Virus record (IMG/VR): IMGVR_UViG_3300027852_000059
Coordinates: 1 to 46,454 of that record
Length of the DNA: 46,454 nucleotides
Direction: 5' to 3' (one strand)
DNA from: a virus
This document shows, in pieces, positions 15,182 through 24,533 of this stretch (positions are counted from its first letter, which is position 1; every line of letters starts with the position of its first letter). The position numbers and the translations under genes were made by a program. Under the pieces are notes generated by a model. The model was not told where the DNA came from. It did no database searches and saw nothing but the letters and a program-made list of their open reading frames with translations.

Positions 15182-16234
15182 ATGTTTTATTACGGGGTTA
15201 AAAGTAAAGACCATATTATTGATATGGCCACACGTATTTGTGCGGCGCTAGGTAATGGTAAGAACAACGCCGCTGATAAATTAATGATTGAAACAACGTG
15301 TGCGGAAAGTCAACTTGCCCAATACCAGGACCCAACACCAAACGGGGCCGGTCGAGGATTAACGCAGGTCGATTATATTGCATGGGTTGATGTAGTAGGA
15401 CGTACCCGGAAAAAAGATAAAGACATCATTGAACAGGTTTTTGGGATCGTCATTGATGCAAATTCTAGTCACCAATCCTTAGACCATGATCCCTTATTAG
15501 CCCTGATAATTTGCCGTTTGCATTACAAATTAGTTGAGCAGGAAATCCCGGCCGACTTACCTGGTCGCGCCCAATATTGGAAAGACCACTACAACAAAAC
15601 AGGCAAAGGCACACCGGAACATTATATCGAGTCGGTCATTACGTGTGATCCCTTTGATGACCAATCCGTACAGACACCAACACAACCAGAAAAAAAGGAA
15701 AAACCCATGTTTGGAGCAATCACTACCGCCTACAGTCTCGCAAAATCGCTTGGTTTAACTAATTGGTTGGACAGTAAATTTGAGGGCAGCGGCGAATCTA
15801 TCCAAGTTGCTGAAAAAGTCATTGATGTGGTTAAAGCTGTCACCGGTGATAAAACAGAATCTGCATTATTGCATATCAGTAAAGACCCAATCATGGCCGA
15901 AAAAATTAAAACGTCGTTGATTGAAAATGAACATGAAATTGACAAGCTTGCGTTTGCTGATAGACAAAGCGCCCGTGACATGTACGACGGTAAGCACCAA
16001 CAAGCGGATAAAATCGCCGATAATATTATGACGTGGAACTTACCTATGATCATCTTTATGGTTGTCGTGCAAGTCGCTTCAATTCATTACCTTGGCGACC
16101 AGGGGGCTGTATTAGGCGTTATCTCCAATGTCATAGGTATGGTGCTAAATGCCCTGATAAATGAGCGTCAACAAGTGTCTAATTTCTTCTTTGGCTCAAG
16201 CCTTGGTAGCAAATTAAAAAACAAACCTCAATAA
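15182..16234 (+). CDS. Muralytic (SLT/lysozyme-like) protein with a C-terminal membrane domain
   Basis: 350 aa from ATG 15182. TCAESQLAQYQ...GAGRGLTQVD resembles the E-S...GxGLxQ transglycosylase motif. The C-terminus has hydrophobic helices (WNLPMIIFMVVVQVASIHYL, AVLGVISNVIGMVLNALI). Confidence 0.6.
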   Translation: MFYYGVKSKDHIIDMATRICAALGNGKNNAADKLMIETTCAESQLAQYQDPTPNGAGRGLTQVDYIAWVDVVGRTRKKDKDIIEQVFGIVIDANSSHQSLDHDPLLALIICRLHYKLVEQEIPADLPGRAQYWKDHYNKTGKGTPEHYIESVITCDPFDDQSVQTPTQPEKKEKPMFGAITTAYSLAKSLGLTNWLDSKFEGSGESIQVAEKVIDVVKAVTGDKTESALLHISKDPIMAEKIKTSLIENEHEIDKLAFADRQSARDMYDGKHQQADKIADNIMTWNLPMIIFMVVVQVASIHYLGDQGAVLGVISNVIGMVLNALINERQQVSNFFFGSSLGSKLKNKPQ

Positions 16235-16249
16235 ACGCCGCAGTGAAAC

Positions 16250-16753
16250 ATGGCCCGTTACGATTGGTTAGCAATTCGCCTCGACTATGAAACGGGACGG
16301 TTTAGTTTTAAAGCGCTACAAGAAAAATACGGCCCCGCTAAAAGCACCATTAGTCGACGTGCAAAATCTGAATGTTGGGTGAAAGGCGCGTTAGCAGATA
16401 AAGCCGCTCAAGCGGTCACTGATATGGCCACCAATACGATGATTGGTAGCTTATCTTTAACCAGTGTTGAGATCACCGAACGTCACAAACAAGAGATTGA
16501 ATCGACCCGAAATTTATTAGGCGGGTTACGTGAGGCGTTTGAAAATGCATTAAAAAAGGGAGCCACGAAAGAAATCGTTACTAAAAATGGCCGGGCGAAC
16601 ATTCCTTACACTATTAACGATTTGACCCTGGCCAGTGTGCAGTTTGTCAAAGTATTGGATGCCATACAGTTAATAGAACGTAGAGCGTATGGGTTAGACA
16701 TAGCCGACAAGGGCGATGACGATAAAACGCTGATATTTGATTTTGAAGAATAA
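16250..16753 (+). CDS. terS: Terminase small subunit candidate
   Basis: 167 aa directly upstream of terL. N-terminal HTH-like FKALQEKYGPAKSTISRRAK. Confidence 0.6.
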   Translation: MARYDWLAIRLDYETGRFSFKALQEKYGPAKSTISRRAKSECWVKGALADKAAQAVTDMATNTMIGSLSLTSVEITERHKQEIESTRNLLGGLREAFENALKKGATKEIVTKNGRANIPYTINDLTLASVQFVKVLDAIQLIERRAYGLDIADKGDDDKTLIFDFEE

Positions 16754-16755
16754 CA

Positions 16756-18348
16756 ATGGCTAAGACGGTTAAATATCGCGGAACGCCCACTGCTAAAAAA
16801 GTCTTTGCGGATAATAACGATTATATATGTATTCGCGGTCCGGTTGGTTCGGGTAAGTCCGTTCAATGCATTATGAAGTTATTACGTTTGGCCAGAAACC
16901 AGGAGCCAGATAATAACGGCATACGCCGCACCAAATGGGGCGTAGTGAGATCCACCTATCCTGAGCTAATTTCCACGACGATTGCCACGTTTAAAGATTG
17001 GGTTGATGACTCTGTATGCCATATAACATACGGCTCTCCGATACGTGGAACGTTAAAGGGGAAGTTAAAAGACGGAACCCGGTTAGAGGCTGAATTTATC
17101 TTCTTGGCATTAAATCGCCCGGACGATATGAAAAAACTTAAGTCGTTTGAATTTACCGGATTGTGGATAAACGAGGCCGTATTTATTCCTTGGGAAATAG
17201 TGAACGAGGCTTATTCTCGCGCCGGTCGTTTCCCGCCAATGAAAGACGGCGTAGGCGCAACCTGGTCAGGCGTCATTATGGACACGAACAGCCCGGATGA
17301 TAGTAACTGGTGGTACAACGTTGAGCAGAACTTAACCCTCCCTAATTGGAGTTTCTTTATTCAGCCAGGAGCGTTGCTTGAAATAAGCAAACGTAAGTTA
17401 GACCCGATACTCAAAGATTGGGTACGAATATGTAAAGAAAACGGATGGTACAAGGAAGTCACTAAAGTTAAGGATGATGTATCGGTTACGCGGATATACA
17501 TAGCGAACCCGGATGCTGAAAACGTAGAAAACCACGTTAAAGGTTATCGGTATTGGTTAGATCAAATTGATGCGTCCAAGGACGAGAATTGGATAAATGC
17601 ACAAATTCTTAATGAATACGCTTTAGTCCGGTCCGGCAAGCCCGTTTATGAAGAACAGTTTAACCAAGCATTACATATTGTTAGTGAGCCATACGGTTAC
17701 GCTAAACGGTTCAATATTGTTGTTGGGATGGATTTTGGACGTACACCGAGCGCCATCATTGGTCAGTTAATGCCGTCCGGTCAATTGCGTATATTACATG
17801 AGATTGTTTCTCAAGGTATGGGTGTTAAACAGTTTGCTAAAGCGCTACTTATACCGTTCCTAGAAAAGCATTTTCCAGATATAGAAATAAAAAATATTCC
17901 GATATTTGGCGACCCGTCCGGTGAAGACCAACGAAGTGAAGTTGAAGAAACCACCGCAATCGGGGCATTAATAAGTCTTGGGTTTAAGCGCGCTCAACCA
18001 AGCCCGGATAAGTCTAACAACATCAAAAACAGACAAGAGGGTGTACACCATTACTTATTAGGCAGTAACGGCAATATCCCATTGTTCGCGTTGAATCCGA
18101 ATTGTTTGATATTAAAAAAAGGGTTTGTGTCCGGGTATGCCTTTAAACGCTTAAACGTTGCCGGCAGTGCGCAATATTCAGAAAAACCAGACAAGAACGA
18201 GTATTCACACCCACATGATGCACTGCAGTATTTATGCCTTGGTGCTATGAGCATTGGCCATGAGTTAATGCAGAGCTTTTACGCACCACAACACACAATG
18301 AATATAAACACAGACAGCCAAGTCGCTAACTCTAATACAGGTTATTAA
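16756..18348 (+). CDS. terL: Terminase large subunit
   Basis: Walker A IRGPVGSGKS. VIMDTNSPDD acidic motif. C-terminal nuclease-like GDPSG...HPHDALQYLCLG. Confidence 0.9.
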   Translation: MAKTVKYRGTPTAKKVFADNNDYICIRGPVGSGKSVQCIMKLLRLARNQEPDNNGIRRTKWGVVRSTYPELISTTIATFKDWVDDSVCHITYGSPIRGTLKGKLKDGTRLEAEFIFLALNRPDDMKKLKSFEFTGLWINEAVFIPWEIVNEAYSRAGRFPPMKDGVGATWSGVIMDTNSPDDSNWWYNVEQNLTLPNWSFFIQPGALLEISKRKLDPILKDWVRICKENGWYKEVTKVKDDVSVTRIYIANPDAENVENHVKGYRYWLDQIDASKDENWINAQILNEYALVRSGKPVYEEQFNQALHIVSEPYGYAKRFNIVVGMDFGRTPSAIIGQLMPSGQLRILHEIVSQGMGVKQFAKALLIPFLEKHFPDIEIKNIPIFGDPSGEDQRSEVEETTAIGALISLGFKRAQPSPDKSNNIKNRQEGVHHYLLGSNGNIPLFALNPNCLILKKGFVSGYAFKRLNVAGSAQYSEKPDKNEYSHPHDALQYLCLGAMSIGHELMQSFYAPQHTMNINTDSQVANSNTGY

Positions 18349-18351
18349 TCC

Positions 18352-20574
18352 ATGAACTCAAGACCGCGTATCAATACCAAACAAAGCAGCCGATATTCTG
18401 AAAAGTTTGGTAATGAATATAACAGCATGGAAACCGCTATTGAGGTGTTTTCGGTTGAAATGGAATCTCGACTATGTGAAGTCATCCAGGAGAAAGCCGC
18501 CGTTGAGGCGCGTTTTGTTAAGGATTATCGCCAGTACAAAGGGCTGTATACAAGTGCGCAATATGCAGCAATGGAGGGCCGCTCAAGAGCCTTTATCAAC
18601 CTTACTGCCCCTAAATCGGATATAGGTCGCTCCCAACTTGGCGACATGTTGTTTCCTAATGACGACTCTAATTATGGATTGTCGGCGACCCCGGTACCGC
18701 ATTTAGCAAAAGCGATGGAGGATAACACGCCGGTATTGATTGATGGCCAACAACAAAAGTTACAAACGCCCCAGGGCGAAGACATTAACGACGAGCAGGG
18801 CAATCCTAAAATATACACAGAGGCCGTAAAAGCCAAACGTATACAAGAAATAGCCGACGAACGCGCCGCCGCCATGAAGTTGTTAATTGATGATCAGTTA
18901 ACCGAGGCGGATTATGAATTACATGGCCGTCAATGTTTGTTTGATGGGACCGCCGTTGGTACGGGAATAATCAAAGGCCCTTACCCTGAGTATGAATCTA
19001 TCCCGTCTTATGACGATCAAGGTAAGCGCGTTTATGAACAAAAGTTAGTGCCACGAGTAGGCATTGTTCGCCCGTGGAATTTCTTTCCTCAAATGAACGC
19101 GTCGACCGTGAAACGTACCGGGTTTTTCTTTGAGCGTTTTTACTCAAGTGACTCTGATTTAAAAAGCTTGGTGCATGAAGAAATACCGGGCGTTATTAGT
19201 GAAAATATAAGCCGTATTGTCAAGCTATGTGGCTCTAAAAAATCCCACCATGCCACGTCGTCATTAGATGAACTTAGAGCGCTTGAAGACCTCGTATCGG
19301 TAAATAATGACAGTAACTACGAGTGTTGGGAATACAACGGCCCTATGCCGTTAAATGTATATATGACCCTAGCCGAAGAACATGGGCTTGAACCTATCGA
19401 AGACGATAGCGATTTGGTGATCATGCCGAATGTCATGGTTCGTATGTGTGGTGGTTTGGTTTATCAAATATTGCCTCAACTTCTCGATAGAAAGCAGGGT
19501 GAGTTATACCACGTATGGAACTGGCAAAAGAGCGAGTTTAGTTTATTTGGTTATGGCCTACCGCATAAAATGGCCGACGCCCAGGACGCTATCAACACCG
19601 CATGGCGACAAATGCAAGATAACGCCACGCTAACGGTCGGTCCTCAAATTGGTTATCGCGATGGCAAAGTTGAACCGGTCGACGGTAAGTTTGAAATACG
19701 CCCTAATAAGTTATGGAAAATTTTAACCGGTTCCAAAATATCCGACGCTTTTGAGTCGTTCGAGTTCAAATCACACCAAACCGAATTATCAAACATATAC
19801 AGTTTAGCCCGCACGTTCTTTGATGAAGAATCCGGGGTGCCGATGATCAGTCATGGCGAGAATGGCCCGCATCAACAAACATTAGGCGGTATGTCTATGT
19901 TAATGAATGCGGCGAATACGGTCAGGCGTGAGCAGGTTCGTAATTTTGATGATTATATAACGAAACCCCTTATTACTTCATTTTATCATTTTAATATGGA
20001 GTACCACGACTCGGACGACGTGAAAGGCGATGTTGAAGTAGACGCTAGAGGTGTATCGGCGCTGATCAATAAAGAGCAGCAACAACAGCAGTTATTAGCC
20101 TTGCTGCAGCTAACACAAAGCAATCCAATCTTTGCCCCAATCGTTCAACTACGTGCGCTTAAGTGGTTACGTTCGTATGTCAAAACCTTGGGCCTTGGTA
20201 AAGACATGTTACCAAGCGAAACCGAATTACAAGAGTTCTTGAAAAAACAACAAGAAAGCAACCAGGGCAAAGAAAAAGAAATGTCTCGGGAGGCATTACT
20301 CAGATTAGAACACCAGTTGCGCCTTGAATTAAAACAGCTTGAGATCACAGCAAAAGAACGTTTAGCAGTAAGCCAAGAACGCCTCGCTATTTACAAAATG
20401 CGTCAAGATGAAATGTTGACCGAAAAGAAAGCGCAAGCCGAGTTGGCCAAATTGGACCTTAGAGAAAAACACATTACTGAGCGTGAAGTAACAAAAGAGA
20501 TCGGCCACCAAACCCGGTTTAACATCGAGTCGTCCAGGATAGACAACAATATCGGATTGGAGACAAAAAGCTAA
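18352..20574 (+). CDS. Portal protein
   Basis: 740 aa immediately after terL. Long C-terminal coiled-coil/charged tail as in large podovirus portals. Confidence 0.8.
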   Translation: MNSRPRINTKQSSRYSEKFGNEYNSMETAIEVFSVEMESRLCEVIQEKAAVEARFVKDYRQYKGLYTSAQYAAMEGRSRAFINLTAPKSDIGRSQLGDMLFPNDDSNYGLSATPVPHLAKAMEDNTPVLIDGQQQKLQTPQGEDINDEQGNPKIYTEAVKAKRIQEIADERAAAMKLLIDDQLTEADYELHGRQCLFDGTAVGTGIIKGPYPEYESIPSYDDQGKRVYEQKLVPRVGIVRPWNFFPQMNASTVKRTGFFFERFYSSDSDLKSLVHEEIPGVISENISRIVKLCGSKKSHHATSSLDELRALEDLVSVNNDSNYECWEYNGPMPLNVYMTLAEEHGLEPIEDDSDLVIMPNVMVRMCGGLVYQILPQLLDRKQGELYHVWNWQKSEFSLFGYGLPHKMADAQDAINTAWRQMQDNATLTVGPQIGYRDGKVEPVDGKFEIRPNKLWKILTGSKISDAFESFEFKSHQTELSNIYSLARTFFDEESGVPMISHGENGPHQQTLGGMSMLMNAANTVRREQVRNFDDYITKPLITSFYHFNMEYHDSDDVKGDVEVDARGVSALINKEQQQQQLLALLQLTQSNPIFAPIVQLRALKWLRSYVKTLGLGKDMLPSETELQEFLKKQQESNQGKEKEMSREALLRLEHQLRLELKQLEITAKERLAVSQERLAIYKMRQDEMLTEKKAQAELAKLDLREKHITEREVTKEIGHQTRFNIESSRIDNNIGLETKS

Positions 20575-20747
20575 TGTCATTGAGCTATGAGCAAACCGCC
20601 GCTATCAAAGAGCAGCTACGTAACGAAATAAACAGTTTGTATGAAGAACTTGCGGAGCCAGAGCTTAACGAGCGCGATAGTGATTTTATTCGTGGGGCGA
20701 TAGATGCAAAAAAAGACGCCCTAAAACAATTGGAAGAAACAATATGA
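20574..20747 (+). CDS. Small acidic helical protein, 57 aa (not in the ORF track)
   Basis: TAATG overlap with the portal stop and ATGA overlap with the next gene. My translation begins MSLSYEQTAAIKEQLRNEINSLYEEL... Confidence 0.45.
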   Translation: MSLSYEQTAAIKEQLRNEINSLYEELAEPELNERDSDFIRGAIDAKKDALKQLEETI

Positions 20748-21178
20748 ATAACAAACCGTCAAACCCGGCAGAGCAAACTGAACAAGACGACGCCCCGCGC
20801 ATATCTTGGTTTGGTCATAATGAATTTGAAATCAACGGCATTGCAAATATCGCCCATGATATGAATAAAGCCCTTTGTATGGCTTATGGTGATCACTCTC
20901 AACCCGAATGGGAAGACGCCCCGCAGTGGCAACGTAATAGTGCTATCAATGGCGTTAAACATCATTTAATCACATTGGAAAACGGGGAAGAATTGACCCC
21001 CGGTGATTCGCATAAAAGTTGGTTGGCTGAAAAAGAAAACGACGGTTGGGTGTATGGCCCGGTGAAAAATCCGGACATAAAAGAACACCCTTGTATGGTC
21101 GACTTCAATCAACTTCCACCAGAGCAACAAGCCAAAGATTATCTGTTTATCCAGGTAGTAAAGAGCTTTGTAGCCTAA
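20744..21178 (+). CDS. RyR-domain-like protein
   Basis: SHKSWLAEKENDGWVYGPVKNPDIKEHPCMVDFNQLPPEQQAKDYLF fits the RyR repeat pattern H..W....GW.YG....K.HP..V.F..LP....K. Confidence 0.65.
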   Translation: MNNKPSNPAEQTEQDDAPRISWFGHNEFEINGIANIAHDMNKALCMAYGDHSQPEWEDAPQWQRNSAINGVKHHLITLENGEELTPGDSHKSWLAEKENDGWVYGPVKNPDIKEHPCMVDFNQLPPEQQAKDYLFIQVVKSFVA

Positions 21179-21221
21179 CCCTTTTTAATTAACCCAATTA
21201 GCCGCCATTAGGCCGCTAAAC

Positions 21222-21254
21222 AACCCGGCAAGTCTTGTACTTCCCGGGTTTTTT
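21222..21254 (+). terminator. Intrinsic terminator candidate
   Basis: AACCCGG-N15-CCGGGTT followed by TTTT. Confidence 0.55.
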
Positions 21255-21287
21255 CATGGCCGCAATTTAGCCGCCAGGAGCAAAACC

Positions 21288-22190
21288 ATGACACTAAAAA
21301 AAGAAGAACAACAGCCGGCAAATAATGACATCACTGAAAACGATGAAGACTTAGCCGCGTTGTATGACGAAATCATGTCCGACGCCGACGACCTTGATAA
21401 TGACGATTTAGAGGACGCCGAAGAAGACAGCGACGAGTCAGAGCCTAATGATTTACCAAACCCGGATGACGATGAAGACGCCGCCGACGACATTAACGCG
21501 AACCAGGACAATGACGACCAGGGCGATGATGTGGCCAACGACGACGACGAAAGCGACGACAACGGGGTATCTGATAGCGAATTGAATAAGCGCTTGGAAC
21601 TAGCCGAGCAGCGAGCGAAATCCGCACAGGGCCGAGTGGGCGCACTTACCCGAAGTATTGAAGATATTAAGAAAACAAGTGTCAGTTTAAATGATCTTAA
21701 AGGTAAAAACTTAGAAGAACTAAAAGAGGATTATCCCGATTTAGCTGCAGCTTTAGGCGATGTGGTAACTGGCTTAAATTCTAGCTTTGCCTCAAAAAGT
21801 ACCCGTTCATTAGAATTGTTACTCAGCGATGCACAGCAAGAGCAAGTTACCTCAACGGATGAATTACACCAGGTTAAACGCGCCGCCGTATCCGAATCTT
21901 ACCCTAATTGGGAAACGGTTTGGGATAGCGACGATTTTGCCAAATGGTATGAATCATTGCCAGAAGAAGTACAGGCCCTTGCCGACTCAAACAGTCCGCA
22001 AGCCATTGTCCATTTATTGGACAACTACAATCGCGATAAACCGGATCAGTTGAAACCAACGCAATCACAGTTAAACCGCAATCGTTTATTAGGTCATTCT
22101 CGCGGCAATACCCGCGCACCGACAACGCCTCAAAAGCATATATCGGATGACAATTTGGCTGAAATTTACGAAGACGTGTTTGACGATTAA
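21288..22190 (+). CDS. Scaffolding protein candidate with an extremely acidic N-terminal third
   Basis: Located between the portal and the major capsid gene. The first ~95 aa are dominated by D/E/N, followed by helical ..LELAEQRAKSAQGRV.. Confidence 0.6.
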   Translation: MTLKKEEQQPANNDITENDEDLAALYDEIMSDADDLDNDDLEDAEEDSDESEPNDLPNPDDDEDAADDINANQDNDDQGDDVANDDDESDDNGVSDSELNKRLELAEQRAKSAQGRVGALTRSIEDIKKTSVSLNDLKGKNLEELKEDYPDLAAALGDVVTGLNSSFASKSTRSLELLLSDAQQEQVTSTDELHQVKRAAVSESYPNWETVWDSDDFAKWYESLPEEVQALADSNSPQAIVHLLDNYNRDKPDQLKPTQSQLNRNRLLGHSRGNTRAPTTPQKHISDDNLAEIYEDVFDD

Positions 22191-22216
22191 CTTGTTTCAA
22201 TCGTAAGGAAAAACCC

Positions 22217-23224
22217 ATGTCTAAATATGGAGACATTACAAACCGCAATGGTGCGCTTGCTGAAAAGAAAGCGCTAGATATTGCAAAAACGACGGAAAAT
22301 ATCGCTAAGTTTGGTATTCAAGCGTCTATGCCGGCTAATGCAACCGATACGGTTACATGGCGTCGACCAGTTGCGTTAGGTCCTGCATTAACCCCATTGA
22401 CCGAGGGTGTTAGCCCAACGGCCGGTAGTTTCGATTACGACGTTGTATCACTAACTCTTGAACAGTTTGGTGGCGTACTTGAATTAACCGACGTTATTGC
22501 AGATTTACACGCCGACCCGGTTGGCTCAGATATGCTAGATGTATCGGCAGAGCAAGCGGTAACAACGTGTGAGCGTTTGAACTGGAATGAAATTTCAGCC
22601 GGTACCAACGTGGATTACTCGGGTACCGCCGGCGCTGTAAATGCCGTTGCCGTAGCAGTAAGTAAAAAGGATTTACGCCGAGCTATCAAAGGGTTAAAAC
22701 GCCAAAAAGCATTACCGCACAAAGGTATGTTGGCCCCGACGGATAAGGTGGGTACTAAGCCTATTCGTAAATCGTACATTGCATTTTGTCATACGGATTT
22801 GGAGGCTGATTTACAAGACTTGGATAAGTTTGTACCAGTTGAAGAATATGGCTCTATGCAACCGTTAAGCGACGACGAGTTCGGCGCATTTGAAGGTATT
22901 CGTTTTATTACGAATGCTGAATATGTACCACTTGAAGACGCCGGTGGTGCGGTCGATGATGCAGTATTTGAGTCTACCTCGGGTACGGTTGCCGATGTTT
23001 ACCCTATCGTTATCACAGCGTCTAAGTCGTACATAAACTTAGCGTTCAGACGTGGTAAAGGTGGCGCGGGTACGCCATTCAAGCCAATGGTTATGAACCC
23101 TGGAACGCCTCGCGGCGGGGATGCATTAGGCCAAAAAGGGACAGTTGGTTGGAAAATGTATCATGCGACAGGAATCGCAAATGAGTCTTGGATTTATACG
23201 CTTAAAGTTGCGTGTTCTAAGTAA
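22217..23224 (+). CDS. Major capsid protein (HK97-fold type, N4 gp56-like by recollection)
   Basis: 335 aa directly after the scaffold candidate and followed by a terminator. Strong RBS AAGGAAAAA. Confidence 0.8.
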   Translation: MSKYGDITNRNGALAEKKALDIAKTTENIAKFGIQASMPANATDTVTWRRPVALGPALTPLTEGVSPTAGSFDYDVVSLTLEQFGGVLELTDVIADLHADPVGSDMLDVSAEQAVTTCERLNWNEISAGTNVDYSGTAGAVNAVAVAVSKKDLRRAIKGLKRQKALPHKGMLAPTDKVGTKPIRKSYIAFCHTDLEADLQDLDKFVPVEEYGSMQPLSDDEFGAFEGIRFITNAEYVPLEDAGGAVDDAVFESTSGTVADVYPIVITASKSYINLAFRRGKGGAGTPFKPMVMNPGTPRGGDALGQKGTVGWKMYHATGIANESWIYTLKVACSK

Positions 23225-23249
23225 TCATGTAGTTGTCATTACACGTAAA

Positions 23250-23275
23250 AGCCCTGGTTAAACCGGGGCTTTTTT
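23250..23275 (+). terminator. Intrinsic terminator after the capsid gene
   Basis: AGCCCTGG-TTAAA-CCGGGGCT followed by TTTTT. Confidence 0.65.
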
Positions 23276-23322
23276 GTATGTGTAACTTTATTAACGTTAT
23301 TGCTCAAAAGGAGCAAATCACT

Positions 23323-23862
23323 ATGTCACAAATTCAAGATATTATTAAATACAGCAAAGAGAAAATCGCCGCTGAATTAGAAGAACTTGGCGTTCCTAAA
23401 AAACCGGCTAATACCGGGCATGAGAAATTATTAGCTGCGTTGGCCGGTGCGTTAGGGTTAAACGAAGAAGAAACGTTAGCCGCTTATGTTGCTCACAATA
23501 AAGATAAAGAGATCAAAGGTAGTATTGATACTGAAAAATCAATTGCCGGCGGTTTCATTGTCAATATCCAAAAGACAGAAAAAAACAAAGCCGATGTGTT
23601 CTTAGGCCACCGTGGGCGTTCTGCTCAAATACAACGTGGTAAAAACATATTAATTACGCCTTGGATGATGACGTCTTTGTCTGAATCGTCTAAACGTATA
23701 CATGACCGTGATCCGGCCACCGGAGCGGTGTTAGATAAATTTGATATTGTCCATCGTTATAGTCACTCGGTATTAATGACATTAACCCCGGCGCAAGTTG
23801 AATCATTGAACGGCAAAGTTGAATTTAGCAATGCCGAAGTAGACGCGCTTAGAGCGGGTTAA
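23323..23862 (+). CDS. Hypothetical virion-module protein, 179 aa
   Basis: ATG 23323 has AAAGGAG upstream. The track TTG start at 23233 would span the terminator. Confidence 0.6.
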   Translation: MSQIQDIIKYSKEKIAAELEELGVPKKPANTGHEKLLAALAGALGLNEEETLAAYVAHNKDKEIKGSIDTEKSIAGGFIVNIQKTEKNKADVFLGHRGRSAQIQRGKNILITPWMMTSLSESSKRIHDRDPATGAVLDKFDIVHRYSHSVLMTLTPAQVESLNGKVEFSNAEVDALRAG

Positions 23863-23867
23863 TACCA

Positions 23868-24527
23868 ATGACGTATTTACAATTATGTAAAGCGGTCCGA
23901 GCCAAGTTAGGTCTTGGCTCAGGCCCGTCGACGACCATAAACCAAACTGGTCGCCTTGCGGATATTGTCGCGGCGGTATCTCAAGCCTGGATTGATATTC
24001 AACTTAGTTCGGATCACTGGCGATTTTTACGTGTACCCGCGCAAGCGGTTAATACAACGCCGGCGTTAGCCTTGTATGACTATGTTAAGTGGCCAAGCCT
24101 GTTAACCTTAAAAACCCTCAATGCCATTCGTTATGCTGCAGATAATAAACCGTTAATAGAAATGGATTATGACCTGTATTTGCAACAATACTCGAAAACG
24201 GGCGGTACTGGCGCGCCTACGCATTACATACTTGATTTAGAAGATAGGGTGATTTTATACCCGACCCCGGACATTGACTACGCGTTAGAATTGGATTACT
24301 ACAAACGCCCTCAAGTCTTGAGTGCAAATACCGACGTACCAATGATCCCGGACGAATACCACCAATCTATTAAGTGGCGGGCCTTATTTACCCTAGCGAG
24401 CGATTTTGCCGACGACGTGGTTTATTCAGAATCGGTAGGCGAATACAACAGCGCGATAAGTCTATTGCAAGGCCGTTACTTACCCAAAATGAAAATTGGT
24501 TCATCATTGTTCTCTAAAAATGGGTGA
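23868..24527 (+). CDS. Head-tail adaptor / tail tubular A-like protein candidate
   Basis: 219 aa. The N-terminal ...ADIVAAVSQAWIDIQLSSDHWRFL resembles the T7 gp11-type N-terminus (..INRQIQSRGWTF). Position after the head genes also fits. Confidence 0.45.
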   Translation: MTYLQLCKAVRAKLGLGSGPSTTINQTGRLADIVAAVSQAWIDIQLSSDHWRFLRVPAQAVNTTPALALYDYVKWPSLLTLKTLNAIRYAADNKPLIEMDYDLYLQQYSKTGGTGAPTHYILDLEDRVILYPTPDIDYALELDYYKRPQVLSANTDVPMIPDEYHQSIKWRALFTLASDFADDVVYSESVGEYNSAISLLQGRYLPKMKIGSSLFSKNG

Positions 24528-24533
24528 TCGTAC

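Noticed and set aside
21254-21562. 102-aa Ser-rich ORF on the minus strand
   Set aside because: It is the antisense shadow of the GAC/GAT/GAA-rich acidic scaffold N-terminus. It is low complexity and has no RBS.
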